64,000 bases of DNA from Candidatus Pacebacteria bacterium CG2_30_36_39 (lineage in GTDB: Bacteria; Patescibacteriota; Microgenomatia; UBA1400; PJMF01), in the NCBI GenBank assembly GCA_001873435.1, contig MNZB01000004.1, positions 307,004 through 371,003 of the forward strand, read 5' to 3'. This document shows, piece by piece, positions 27,512-38,143 of the stretch. A model generated the notes under the pieces. It searched no databases. It had not been told where the DNA came from and worked only from the letters and a program-made list of their open reading frames with translations. A program made the translations under genes and the position numbers. Numbering within the stretch: the stretch's first letter is position 1; each line of letters begins with the position of its first letter.

Positions 27512-30500
27512 ATGGTAGAAGCTGGAAAATTTGCTCCACTAAAAGAAGTTATTAAAAAAGTTGAAAAATACTTTTCGTTAAGTGAGCTTTTTATTTCTCT
27601 AGAAGGATTTCCCAAAGAACAAAACTTGGTCAAGATATTGACTAGTATTGAAGATCGTATCTTTGATGAAGATGGGGAATTAACTGATAGGGCTGATGAC
27701 GAGACATATATATTATTGGTTTCAAAAATTTGCAAAGAAGCGCTGGCTGTTTTTACTCAGATAGAAGAAACAGCTAGAAGAAATGCTGAAAAAGAAGCAA
27801 TGGCTGGTCTTACCGGAGCCAAATTTAAAATGGAAGCTATTGTTGGTATTAAGAAAACCACAAAAAATAAAGAGGTCATGGTTGTTGCAGATTTAATGAG
27901 AGGTGTAATTTATACATACCTAAATAAGTTGGCTGAAGAAGGATTGTTGACGACTGAAGATATGACTGAGCTAGGTTTTACAAAGAATGATGTTGATGTT
28001 ATTTCCAAAAATTTAATAGAAAAATCAAAAGAAGAAATGGATGCTTGGAAAAATGGTGAAGCAGAAGTTCAATTTCCAATACTAACTGAATTAAGAGATA
28101 TCATTCTAGAAACTCCAACAACAAAGGATGAAATATTGGATTTACAACAGAGGATAACTGATTTGAGTAGTGAAACAAAAAGCCAATTGGTGGCTGCAGG
28201 AGTTGTTGGTGATAAATATCAATTTATAGAAACTACATTTTTTGTTCCGGCTGAACAAAAAATGATGGAATTGACTAAAGAAAAGACAAGACTAGAAGAA
28301 GAAGAAGCATCTGAAGAAAAAAATAGAGAAACTCAAGAAGCTATTGCTGAGTTTCGATCAAAGACAGCTTTATTTGAAGCTGCAATTAAAAATATTCCCC
28401 TAGAGAGAAAAGATCTAACTACTATCTGGGAACCAAGATCACCAGGTAGTCCTGAATTAATTGAAAAACCATTTAATCCAATTGATCAAAAAGATAATAA
28501 GCGTTTTTCCAAACAATTAAAAGAATTGGAAAGAAGAAGAAATATTCTTTTGGAAGAAAAACAAAAATTAGAAAATGCTGATGCTTTTAAAAAAGCTGAT
28601 GCAGACAAACTTGGTTCTACTGAAATAAACAAGGTTATTGATGAGATGCTTCGTAGGTTTGAAGAGGTTTCTAGAAGAGTTAATTCATTAATTGAAGAAG
28701 CAAAAAAACCTCCCATTGAAGAAATGACTATTACCGACTTGGCAGACGAGTTGATTAGGGAAAGAAGAGATCCCTTTTTCTGGAAAGAATTTAAATCATC
28801 TGCGGTTGGTTCAGATAGAATTAATCAGGTAATTAATGCTTTCATTGGTGAGATTGGTAAAAGAAAAGAAAATGATCCAGAAGCTGAAATAAACAGAATT
28901 GTTCAAAAAGTAAGAGTACAGTTATCTACTTTAAGTAACGAACTACAACATGAGGATGAAAAGGCTTCTCGTGATAGAAGTAGATTATGGACAGAGGCAG
29001 CAAAAAGAATTTTAACTCGTAGAGAGTTACTTATTGCCACAACATATAACCCAAAATGGGGCAATCAAATAAGAGAAATGTTGGAGTGGGCTACTAGAAC
29101 TGCAGCATTAAATCCTGGGGAAGTTGTAGTGAAAAGGAATGGAAAATTAGTTGTTATTCCTACTGACGGGACAGTTGTAGTGGATGAGAATGGAGTGGTA
29201 AATAAGATTCCTAACCCTGTCAAAGATGGAAATGAGGGTTGGCCGGAATTAAAACCAGGTGAAAAAATATTATACTCATATGATCGATCAATGGACTACA
29301 ACGAGTTGGCTGGTGAAAATGGTTCTACTAATTTAACAAAAAAACTTAAAGAGAAGTTTAAAGATTACGCAGAAGACCCAGAGATGGCCTATGCAATGCA
29401 GTTTGCTTTTGATTTATTTGTATCTTTTGATTTGTTAACTATTTCTCTCGGAGAACTGCAAAAAAGAACCAGAACAAGAGCTCACAATGGTGCTGTTAAA
29501 GATAAAGATCGCATCATGTTCCATGATCCTTTGGCATCAGCAATCCATAGAGCCTATAGATATGGTGGAAATAAATATGACTGGTCATTGAGAATTCTTG
29601 TATTTTTTGAAAAATTTGGAAAAAGTGGCCAATTCCAATATGGTAAAGACAAATCAAAGGTAAGTAAAAAAGTTAGAGAGAGCAAACATTATCAAAGTGA
29701 TCATGAAAAAATCATTGAATTACAAGATATGTTGGTAGATCATCAAGATATTTTTTATGATGCAAGCGCTTTTGCTGGGAAAATTCCACTTCCCGGATTT
29801 TGTGAAACAGTTGGTATTAGTACCTATGACTTTTTAACCCTTCATGGACCAGAGGATACTCAAGGCACTGGTGGAAAGGGAGAAAAATTGTGGTTATTTG
29901 ATCATTTAATTGATTATCAAAATAGAACCATTCCTGGTAGCGAAAAGGATGCAGAAGATCCAGATGCTGTCGATTTGGCTTCTGATTTGGATGAAATTGA
30001 AGATTTGACAGAAGAAACAAAGGAAATTCTCAGGTCAATAAACCTAACAAATATATTCTTGTTAAAAGCACGTCGAGCAGACTTAATTGAGGATGAAATT
30101 TTCAAAAATTTAAGTGAAGATCAACAGAAAATAATTCTTAAAGCAACTGAGGAAGCAGTAAAAATTCCAGATGGAGAGAAAGTTGACAAGGCAGCAAGTA
30201 TAGAACTTTATGCATTGGCTGAGGAAAATGGCTTTGCTCAATTGCTTGAGTTAACTTTCAAAAAAATGGGGCCTGTAACTGAAGAGCACATTTTACGTAA
30301 AACAAAAGATGGCGGTAAAGGTGGATTGCTTGGAGAATGGTTGCAAACAGCTGGAAGAGCAAAGATGTTTCCATCAAGTCAACTTAGATTATTTTTAGCT
30401 CCCTTATTAACTAATTTTGTAATGAGACTTTTTCAAAATTTTGAAGGAAAAGGTAATGAGGCAGAAAGAGAAACTCTTTTCAAAGATGTTGTTGATGAAC

Positions 30501-30943
30501 TAAGAGACTCAATGGAAGCTGGTGGACTTTCTTCATATAAAAGAGAAGTTACTAGCGTAATCAATGCAATTTGTGAACGTCCAATTTATGAGGCTGTACC
30601 AAGAGATAAATCAAATCCATATGGAAGTTATGACATAGTTGAGACTGGGAACAAACAAAAACAATCCAAATCAATCCAACCTTACGAAAATTGGAGGTTA
30701 CATAAAAGAGATAATTATCTTAAAAAATGGTATCCACATGAGCATCATGGCGAGGCTCCTCCAGCCACAGTTCTCGGGTTGAGTGCAGAAGCAATAGTTC
30801 ATCCACTAAAAACCTTAAAAAAGAGTTTGAGGGGTAAAAATCCAGCGGAAGCTGAATTTTTGAAAATGATGGCTGGTGAAGAAGAAATTCCTGATTTAGT
30901 TGAGAGATCTGGCAGTTTAATTCAAACAAGCAGTGAAGAATAA
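27512..30943 (+). CDS. Large charged, coiled-coil-rich hypothetical protein
   Basis: 1143-aa ORF, E/K rich, no signal peptide or recognised motif. Confidence 0.75.
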   Translation: MVEAGKFAPLKEVIKKVEKYFSLSELFISLEGFPKEQNLVKILTSIEDRIFDEDGELTDRADDETYILLVSKICKEALAVFTQIEETARRNAEKEAMAGLTGAKFKMEAIVGIKKTTKNKEVMVVADLMRGVIYTYLNKLAEEGLLTTEDMTELGFTKNDVDVISKNLIEKSKEEMDAWKNGEAEVQFPILTELRDIILETPTTKDEILDLQQRITDLSSETKSQLVAAGVVGDKYQFIETTFFVPAEQKMMELTKEKTRLEEEEASEEKNRETQEAIAEFRSKTALFEAAIKNIPLERKDLTTIWEPRSPGSPELIEKPFNPIDQKDNKRFSKQLKELERRRNILLEEKQKLENADAFKKADADKLGSTEINKVIDEMLRRFEEVSRRVNSLIEEAKKPPIEEMTITDLADELIRERRDPFFWKEFKSSAVGSDRINQVINAFIGEIGKRKENDPEAEINRIVQKVRVQLSTLSNELQHEDEKASRDRSRLWTEAAKRILTRRELLIATTYNPKWGNQIREMLEWATRTAALNPGEVVVKRNGKLVVIPTDGTVVVDENGVVNKIPNPVKDGNEGWPELKPGEKILYSYDRSMDYNELAGENGSTNLTKKLKEKFKDYAEDPEMAYAMQFAFDLFVSFDLLTISLGELQKRTRTRAHNGAVKDKDRIMFHDPLASAIHRAYRYGGNKYDWSLRILVFFEKFGKSGQFQYGKDKSKVSKKVRESKHYQSDHEKIIELQDMLVDHQDIFYDASAFAGKIPLPGFCETVGISTYDFLTLHGPEDTQGTGGKGEKLWLFDHLIDYQNRTIPGSEKDAEDPDAVDLASDLDEIEDLTEETKEILRSINLTNIFLLKARRADLIEDEIFKNLSEDQQKIILKATEEAVKIPDGEKVDKAASIELYALAEENGFAQLLELTFKKMGPVTEEHILRKTKDGGKGGLLGEWLQTAGRAKMFPSSQLRLFLAPLLTNFVMRLFQNFEGKGNEAERETLFKDVVDELRDSMEAGGLSSYKREVTSVINAICERPIYEAVPRDKSNPYGSYDIVETGNKQKQSKSIQPYENWRLHKRDNYLKKWYPHEHHGEAPPATVLGLSAEAIVHPLKTLKKSLRGKNPAEAEFLKMMAGEEEIPDLVERSGSLIQTSSEE

Positions 30944-31007
30944 AAACAGTCAGCTTAATTAGTTTTTTTAGCGAAAAAAATCTTACTAGGCAATTAGAAT
31001 ATTTATA

Positions 31008-32690
31008 TTAGTCAACTGCTTTATCAGTTGCTCTTGGATGTGGCTTAGTAGTTCCGCCCTCTTTTTTATTAAGAAGTTTATCAAGTATTTTGGTTGAATC
31101 TTGAGGGTCAAATAAATTTCCACTTCTTGCTTGATCAAAAAATACACGACCCTTTTTGCCTGTTTCAACATCGCCGCTCCATCCTTGTAGAACTCCACCG
31201 GCTCTAATGTCTCGGCCATTCTCATCTTTCTCTCCAGTCTTAGCTCCTCGCCATAAGCTATCTGTAAGAAATGCTCTTGGGTTTTGTCTACCATACGACA
31301 TAATTCCAGCCTTTGCTGCACCTCCAACCGCACCAATTGCACCCGTTGCCAATGGCAAAGCAGGTTCTCCAGCTGCCATATTTTTAACAGCTTTAAAGGC
31401 CAAGGTTTCCCAAATACCACCATCAATTTTCATGGCTTTTTTCATTTCAACAATCAACTCTGGAATTACCAAAATAATACCTATGCCAACCAAAGTCATA
31501 ATAACTCCTCCGGACCCGCGACCAATTAAATATGGAGGTAAGAATCCACCACTATTAATATCTCCCTTGGTAAACAATTCATAGAGAATTAGAGAAAATA
31601 AAACCATTGGAAAAGCCATTAGGTTGCCAAAAACAATCTTTATCCAATAACCAAAATTACTTTTTCCTGGTAAAGCTCCCATCATTAATAAAACTGGAGC
31701 AACAACTATAGCAATAATTATGGTGATATAAATTTTGAGAAGATCAAAGAATAATTTGAATACGCCAATTAAAATAGCAACGGAGACGATTAAACCCAAT
31801 GTAAGACCCCCCAGCCATCCCAAAACATCTCCAACAGCGCCCGTATCAATGGCACCAGCAAAGCTCTTAACTGCTTCATTCATATTAGCAAAAGCACCAC
31901 TGCCATTAACTCCAGTTACCAAATCCCAGCCAATTTGTAAGAAGTTTTTACTAAGCAAATCAACACCACTATCTGGTCTGAATAAACCAATCATTAAATA
32001 CATAATTAAATACATCAAATCAATTAAAAATCCAGCGATGGCATAAGAAAAAGTGACGAAAATTAAAGAAACAATAATTCCAGGAATAGCTTGTTGAGCC
32101 GTAACCACGGTTTGTCCACCAAGATTTTGACGGAACATGATCATAAAACCAATAACCAGGAAAATTACTACAAAAAAGAAATAAGCAATGTTGCGGAACA
32201 CTTTCCAAGCCTCAAGTACTGGATCAAGTGAAGAGAAGCCCAATCCCTGAGCATGTGCTTGAGGAATAATATGAGCATCTTCCAATAAAGTGGCCACATA
32301 GGTAACTCCAGAGGCTGGAGGATTATAAAGCATGGCCAAAGCTTGAGTTGTTTCACCAATCGCTCCGCGTCCATATTTAGCATAAACAATCTTTTTTTGT
32401 TCATCAGTCATTTTTTGCACAGTTGGAGAATTTTCTGGCACGCCATTTAATTTTAAATAAGCATCTGCCTCCCAAGCATTTGATGTTTCTGGAACAAAAG
32501 AATTGAGTGAGACAGCTCCTGTTTCATCGGCGGCAACCTGTGCCTCAAGAGTATTGCTGGTATTTTGTTCAATGCCAGTAACCTCCATAAACCACTGGAC
32601 TAAGTCAAGGGCTTTAACAGGTTTAGCAGTCAAAAAAGATGCTGTAATAAAGAAGGCTATGAGAATAATTAACCGGGTGAGGCTTTTCAT
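31008..32690 (-). CDS. Polytopic membrane protein, VirB6/TrbL-like
   Basis: Signal peptide; WKVFRNIAY..IGFMIMFR..TAQQAIP..LVTFSYAIAGFLIDL-type segment; 6-7 TM helices; Gly/Ala/Lys-rich tail; start placed at ATG 32690. Confidence 0.62.
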   Translation of the reverse strand: MKSLTRLIILIAFFITASFLTAKPVKALDLVQWFMEVTGIEQNTSNTLEAQVAADETGAVSLNSFVPETSNAWEADAYLKLNGVPENSPTVQKMTDEQKKIVYAKYGRGAIGETTQALAMLYNPPASGVTYVATLLEDAHIIPQAHAQGLGFSSLDPVLEAWKVFRNIAYFFFVVIFLVIGFMIMFRQNLGGQTVVTAQQAIPGIIVSLIFVTFSYAIAGFLIDLMYLIMYLMIGLFRPDSGVDLLSKNFLQIGWDLVTGVNGSGAFANMNEAVKSFAGAIDTGAVGDVLGWLGGLTLGLIVSVAILIGVFKLFFDLLKIYITIIIAIVVAPVLLMMGALPGKSNFGYWIKIVFGNLMAFPMVLFSLILYELFTKGDINSGGFLPPYLIGRGSGGVIMTLVGIGIILVIPELIVEMKKAMKIDGGIWETLAFKAVKNMAAGEPALPLATGAIGAVGGAAKAGIMSYGRQNPRAFLTDSLWRGAKTGEKDENGRDIRAGGVLQGWSGDVETGKKGRVFFDQARSGNLFDPQDSTKILDKLLNKKEGGTTKPHPRATDKAVD

Positions 32691-32787
32691 TGCTTTTATA
32701 TTGTACGTCAAGAAAACAAAAAGCAAAACCATTAAAAGATTAATTAAATACTACAAAATAACTCATAAATGATCTATACTACTCATA

Positions 32788-33609
32788 ATGATCGCGCTAG
32801 AGCAAATAAATTCTCTAAAAGAATATTTTCAATCCGCTGAAACCATTGCGGTAATATTGGGTGCCAAACCTTCGGTTGATCAAATTGCTTTAGCTAGTGC
32901 TTTATTTGAAGGTTGTAAAAACCTTAATAAAGAAGTTGGCTTCTACGCTCCAAGAAAAATTCAAGACGAATACTTTTCTTCTCTCAACGAATTACAAACA
33001 GAACTAGGAAAACAAAACCTAGTAGTTTCATTTGACTATGATGAAACAGCTGTCGATAAAGTTAGTTATCATATTGGCGAAGATACCAAGAAATTTTATT
33101 TAACAGTGAAACCAAAAAGAGGTCAGAAACCCCTTGATGCCAAATCAGTTGAATTTTCTTATGCAGGAGCCGAATTTGATTTAGTATTTCTAATTGGAGT
33201 TCATGATCTAGACTCATTAGAGCAACTATATTATGGCTATGAATCTTTTTATGATAATACCTATGTAGTTACCCTACACAACTTTAAAACCGAAATAGGC
33301 ACAGCTCAACTGGACTTATCTGGGTTCAGTAGTCTTTGTGAAGGCTCAATGGCTTTACTTGAAAACATTGGCATTGAATTAACAGAATCAGTTGCGACCC
33401 CATTACTAATGGGATTAGATGCTGCTACTCAAAACCTTCAATCTTTTACTGCCACTGCCGATACATTTGATAATGTTGCCAAGCTTTTAAGAACCGGAGC
33501 AAGAAGAATTAAACGCAAAGAATCTCCATCTATTTCTATAAAAGAAGACAAAAAACTTGGTCGCCCAAGAAAAAAGAGAATTACTAAAATTGAAATTAGT
33601 AAATCTTAA
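32788..33609 (+). CDS. Degenerate DHH/NrnA-like family protein
   Basis: Fold-like pattern (IAVIL..PSVDQIA, FDLVFLIG, VTLHN, SSLCE, ATPLLMGL..T.NLQ) with canonical DxD/DHH residues altered. Confidence 0.55.
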   Translation: MIALEQINSLKEYFQSAETIAVILGAKPSVDQIALASALFEGCKNLNKEVGFYAPRKIQDEYFSSLNELQTELGKQNLVVSFDYDETAVDKVSYHIGEDTKKFYLTVKPKRGQKPLDAKSVEFSYAGAEFDLVFLIGVHDLDSLEQLYYGYESFYDNTYVVTLHNFKTEIGTAQLDLSGFSSLCEGSMALLENIGIELTESVATPLLMGLDAATQNLQSFTATADTFDNVAKLLRTGARRIKRKESPSISIKEDKKLGRPRKKRITKIEISKS

Positions 33610-33626
33610 TTAATTTCCCAAAAAAA

Positions 33627-36272
33627 TTAACGAATATTGCCACAATCTAACTTGAATGTGTCCATCGTACAAACACAGTAGTTTGCGCCGCCACAACCAT
33701 CAACTTCCTCGTAACCAGCGCAAGCGTCAGTTGTAAGATATTCTGTTGGCACACCATAGTTCCTACCAGCCATCATATAATATAGTTGTTGGGTAGATGG
33801 GGTAGTGCCATGAACGGCTTTGTATTGTTCTACTAGCCAACCTCTTTCTGATTTTCTTTTACGAAGCACATATTCCATTGAAGTTTTAATGTCGCAACCA
33901 ATGTCTGGATTATTTCTTGCCTCTTGAACCCATGGATCAGAAGTATCATCAGCAATGTATGCTGCTTGTGGACAGCCAGCTTTATCAATGCATTGGGGGA
34001 TAAGGACACCAACAATTCCTGAAGCGCCACAGGCATTGGTAATTATTTCTCCACAACTCATTTCTTTTTCTCCAGCCAAAATCTTTCTTAACATAGGACT
34101 TCCCTCGATTTGTAAAAAGCCCCAAAGCATCTGCGCATCATTTGGATCATTGCCAGCTACACTACAAGTCATTTTCATTAATTCATTCATAGTTGGTAGC
34201 TTCGTTGTTCTTCCCTTAATCTCATCACAAGATTCTTCTTCTCCAGTACCAGGCTCCTCATTGTTTCGATCATATCCTTTGCAGCGACCTAAGAATAAGT
34301 CTTCAGTTCTTTCACAAGAAGTAACATATTCATAAGTTTTTGATCCCATCTCACGGAAATACTCTTGAATTTTTCTAATTGTCCAACCAAGTTCAGCCCC
34401 CAAAATTCTCATTGGCTCATCTGGATGCTCAACTGTTACACCAGTAAACTGTTTTCTTTCACAAGGAATACAGTCACCCTCATCTTCATCTTTTTTATTA
34501 CAACTCTCAGAACAACCGGGTGGTTGGTGGTAAATAAAGCTAAAGGTATCTGTTTTACTTTTTAAATTAGCGCTAGTATTTATAAACGTTAGATATTCAG
34601 GAATAATTCCGCAGGCTCCATTAAAATCTGGTACACAGTTGTTTTCGACGATTGTTTTGAATTGTTCAGTAGTAAATAGTTGCTGTAAAGTTTTATTAAT
34701 GTATTCCATATCAGCTCCATATGGAGTAATGAGATGGCCTCTAACAGCAATTGGATCAGCATCGAGATCACCGTTAACTACGGTGTCTTTAACAATAATA
34801 TTCCAATCAAAGGTATATTTATTATCAGAGGGGAAAGTGAAAGAGAAGAAAGGATCTCTTAACTCTCTTTGTTCTGGGTCGACAATGGCCATAGAACCCA
34901 ATTCACTAACAATTTCATAAGAACCATTGAAGCCAGCACAGTCTAAACCACTACCATTAACCTGATCTATTAAAGATCTCATGAGGATTTTGTCTGGAGC
35001 ACCGCCAATACATTGAGGCAATCCGCCACAATTAATAATGGCATCTTTTTTTCCTTCTCGAACAGCCAAGATATCACCCAAAAATTCTTTACGATCTTTT
35101 TTCATTTCATCAATGTGAGCTTGGATTCTGTCTGGCTCACTATATAGATAGCTGGTTAGTCTTGCCGAATCCATAAGCCCAGGCATCGAAAAAATCATAT
35201 TGGTTGCTGTCATTGGAACTTTGAAGCCAATAACAATTGGAGCATGTTTTTTAACTGGCATTCTTGGATGCTGAGCTGGGTTTGGCTCTGGTTTAATGAT
35301 TTGTAAAAAGTCAAAAATATCAGCATTAGATTCAAATAGAGCAGGATTGACCAACTCATTCCCTTCCATAACATTTTGTTTGATAGAAACAATTAAGAAA
35401 GCCAGGCGATACATGCCATCTAGATTTAAAGGAGCAGCTGTAATAGCGCTTCTCACTGGAGACACATCTGTTTTGTAATCGTTTTCGCTAATCCCAAACT
35501 CTTCTTCCATTTCTGGATTCCAGACACCCATGATTTCTGTACAGCTAAAGTTTTTATCTGGATTGGTTTTGCTTTTAATGTTTAACAATCCATGCATTTC
35601 AGCAAAAAGCACTAATCCACCATAATCAGTTCCTGGAATTTCTACTTGATTAACATAACAAGGGGAGCCAGGATCTTTAAATTTGTCACAAAAATATCTG
35701 TTATAGATACTATATAAATTATTGTATTTCACTATACATTGCTGACTTGGAGACATAAGTGATGTAGCTGCTCCAGCAGAGTTTAGTTCGGCTGGCTGAG
35801 TTTGTTGGTTATTAGCTCCAAAAAAACCATCATATGAAGAAACCTTTGTTGTGTTAGGAAAATCTTCATCTCCTTGAAACAGAGGAATTTTGCCTTCTGC
35901 AAATCTTCCATCATAAACAGCTTCAGCAGTCAGTCGAACTGGTTTGTCATATTCTTCAAAATATTCTTCAATTGCTCCGTGAACTTGGCCATTAATCCAC
36001 CATTTTGGTTTAACACACTGAACTTCATATCCTTGGTTGTAAGCCATTTGATAAGTAATAGTATCTTGAACAGTGCCAGTATCTCCAAGAGAATAGCCTT
36101 CTTCTAAAACGAGGGGTAAGTAGTTATATATTTCTGGATTTTTTCTAGCGTAATTAACAGCATCATCACTAGAAGCTGCTTGAATTTGTGAAACTCTACC
36201 AACGAGTAAATATCCTGTTAGGAAAAACAAAAACAATGGTCTTAACATTGAAGATTTTGATTTCACAATCAT
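33627..36272 (-). CDS. Secreted Cys-rich protein, possible C-terminal lysozyme/transglycosylase-like domain
   Basis: Signal peptide; many Cys; LWGFLQIEG, CGASG, MAGRNYG, NYC in last 200 aa; true start may be slightly downstream. Confidence 0.55.
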   Translation of the reverse strand: MIVKSKSSMLRPLFLFFLTGYLLVGRVSQIQAASSDDAVNYARKNPEIYNYLPLVLEEGYSLGDTGTVQDTITYQMAYNQGYEVQCVKPKWWINGQVHGAIEEYFEEYDKPVRLTAEAVYDGRFAEGKIPLFQGDEDFPNTTKVSSYDGFFGANNQQTQPAELNSAGAATSLMSPSQQCIVKYNNLYSIYNRYFCDKFKDPGSPCYVNQVEIPGTDYGGLVLFAEMHGLLNIKSKTNPDKNFSCTEIMGVWNPEMEEEFGISENDYKTDVSPVRSAITAAPLNLDGMYRLAFLIVSIKQNVMEGNELVNPALFESNADIFDFLQIIKPEPNPAQHPRMPVKKHAPIVIGFKVPMTATNMIFSMPGLMDSARLTSYLYSEPDRIQAHIDEMKKDRKEFLGDILAVREGKKDAIINCGGLPQCIGGAPDKILMRSLIDQVNGSGLDCAGFNGSYEIVSELGSMAIVDPEQRELRDPFFSFTFPSDNKYTFDWNIIVKDTVVNGDLDADPIAVRGHLITPYGADMEYINKTLQQLFTTEQFKTIVENNCVPDFNGACGIIPEYLTFINTSANLKSKTDTFSFIYHQPPGCSESCNKKDEDEGDCIPCERKQFTGVTVEHPDEPMRILGAELGWTIRKIQEYFREMGSKTYEYVTSCERTEDLFLGRCKGYDRNNEEPGTGEEESCDEIKGRTTKLPTMNELMKMTCSVAGNDPNDAQMLWGFLQIEGSPMLRKILAGEKEMSCGEIITNACGASGIVGVLIPQCIDKAGCPQAAYIADDTSDPWVQEARNNPDIGCDIKTSMEYVLRKRKSERGWLVEQYKAVHGTTPSTQQLYYMMAGRNYGVPTEYLTTDACAGYEEVDGCGGANYCVCTMDTFKLDCGNIR

Positions 36273-36309
36273 TATTATACCCTGAAAAACGACTGTTTTT
36301 TTTGAAAAA

Positions 36310-36738
36310 TTATAGAATTTTTAATCCGAAGATAGCTTCGAGTATTTGAGCTATCCAATATGAGGCAAAAAGCAGGATAAATCCCAAAATTGCCATAGTA
36401 ACTCTTTGTTTTCCAGCATCAAGGCTTTTGCCATTTGAGGCTCCGGCTAATATTTGCAATCCTCCTGCCACGATCATGACAAAAAGAGCTAGGCCAGCTA
36501 TTGGAAATACAAAGCTTAAGGCTCTGGAAATAATGCCTCCTGGAGTAGAGAGTTCTGCTGCATGGGGAGAGTTTTCTGTTTGTAGAGGATCAAAAGTATT
36601 GAGTACATCAGAAGTAACTTCAAAAGTATCAGCGTCTGGCAAACCACCATTGCCTTGGGCATTAATTATGGTTGGAGTAATAAAAGAAAAAACACCAACT
36701 AAAAAAGCAGTGGAAAGAAATAGAAGAGATTTTTTCAT
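36310..36738 (-). CDS. VirB2/TrbC-like pilin 8
   Basis: Signal peptide; TPGGII..GGLQILAGASNGKSLDAGKQRVTMAILG..YWIAQ; resembles pilin 1. Confidence 0.78.
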   Translation of the reverse strand: MKKSLLFLSTAFLVGVFSFITPTIINAQGNGGLPDADTFEVTSDVLNTFDPLQTENSPHAAELSTPGGIISRALSFVFPIAGLALFVMIVAGGLQILAGASNGKSLDAGKQRVTMAILGFILLFASYWIAQILEAIFGLKIL

Positions 36739-36741
36739 AAT

Positions 36742-37989
36742 TTAGGTTCCAAATCCTGGAATATGGAAGAAGTTAACTCCTATAAATCTTAATAGGGTAA
36801 TAGACATAATGATAAAAATTAGACCAATGAGCGCCGCTGTAATTTGTTCCTTTGCATCTTTGGTGGCCTGAGGATCACCTTGAGATACGGACAATCTAAA
36901 TGCTCCAGCTAGAATTAATAGAAAGGTAGCACCTCCACCAATACTAATACCTATAGTAATAAAGGTTTTAATAATATTTTCTGGTTTGGCTGGAATACAG
37001 CCAATAGCAGTCCAAACTCCAGGTGTTCCACTTGATGTTCCGCCAAAACAGGCTTCACATTTACCGCGTTCAGCACCATCATTTATTTGTTCACAAAGTT
37101 CAAAGTCTCTAATGGTGGCATTTTGAGAAATATCAGTTCGAACATCAACACACATGTTTGTATCGCAGTAAGCTTCTAGGTTAAAAATAGCTTCACAGCC
37201 AGGAAATTTGAAGTTTGAGCCAGCCCTAACTTCTTCAACAAAAACAGTGTGTTTTCCAGTGTCGTCAGAAGTAAATTCTACTGAAGCCTTGCCTCCACTA
37301 GCATTAGTTTTTTTGTCTTGAACAACTTTGAACCATCCATCTACACCAACAACAAATCTAACTTCTCCGTTAAATGGGGTGCCGTCTGCCGCTTCTAGTC
37401 CTTCAACTTCGACGGTGGCTGTGTTTGAAGTAACATCCATACATCCTGGGGCATAACATTTTTTGCTGTTTTTAGTTTGATAAACATAGAGACTGCATTG
37501 ACCACCAGTGTTGTTTTTACTAGTTACATAAGTACCAACATCACAAAGTCTATTGCTTCCAGACAAGCCACTGTCATAGAGAAATACATAATGAATATCA
37601 TCTTCACCAGCCATTGGAGCAGCAGTTAGAGCTTCATTATCAGTAACAGTCCAAGTAACTACCTTATTGCTTACGGATATTCCACCAGGATAAGTTTTAT
37701 TTTGGTCAATTCTAAAGGAACTAGTTTGAGCCTCATCATCAGTGTTGGAAGTTGCTTTAATTTTTAGGTAGTATTCAGAATTTGGGTTGTAACCACTAGA
37801 CATGTCGATTTTAATAACATGAGAGCTGGTTCCAATGGGAAGTTTTTCTCCACCAGCTCCGGAAATAACTCCTTGGCAGGAAGAAGCATAAACATTATTT
37901 GTTGTGTTCAGAAATAGAGCCATGACAAGAAGGATCACTGATGTTTTTCGGAAAGCTGAAACTAAAAACAATGCCCAAGTGTTTTTCAT
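36742..37989 (-). CDS. Secreted Cys-rich beta-domain protein fused to C-terminal VirB2-like pilin domain
   Basis: Signal peptide; VWTAIGCIP then TM-GAFRLSVSQGDPQATKDAKEQITAALIG-TM. Confidence 0.75.
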   Translation of the reverse strand: MKNTWALFLVSAFRKTSVILLVMALFLNTTNNVYASSCQGVISGAGGEKLPIGTSSHVIKIDMSSGYNPNSEYYLKIKATSNTDDEAQTSSFRIDQNKTYPGGISVSNKVVTWTVTDNEALTAAPMAGEDDIHYVFLYDSGLSGSNRLCDVGTYVTSKNNTGGQCSLYVYQTKNSKKCYAPGCMDVTSNTATVEVEGLEAADGTPFNGEVRFVVGVDGWFKVVQDKKTNASGGKASVEFTSDDTGKHTVFVEEVRAGSNFKFPGCEAIFNLEAYCDTNMCVDVRTDISQNATIRDFELCEQINDGAERGKCEACFGGTSSGTPGVWTAIGCIPAKPENIIKTFITIGISIGGGATFLLILAGAFRLSVSQGDPQATKDAKEQITAALIGLIFIIMSITLLRFIGVNFFHIPGFGT

Positions 37990-38143
37990 GGTTTGAATTT
38001 TGTCTTTTCAGACATGAGATATTCTATCACGATTTCTTGAGCTAAAACTAGTCTTATAGCAACTAATTTAGCTATTAATTAGTTAAAAACATGTTTTCAT
38101 AAGTTTCCCTCGATTTCAGCAATGGTTTCTATATAATGAAGGA

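Noticed and set aside
16664-32690. Integrative conjugative element
   Set aside because: No integrase, relaxase, flanking direct repeats or tRNA site visible; genes are interleaved with core genes
31000-36300. Impression of locally reversed GC skew (possible inversion)
   Set aside because: Judged by eye only and confounded by coding-strand bias; needs a computed third-position skew
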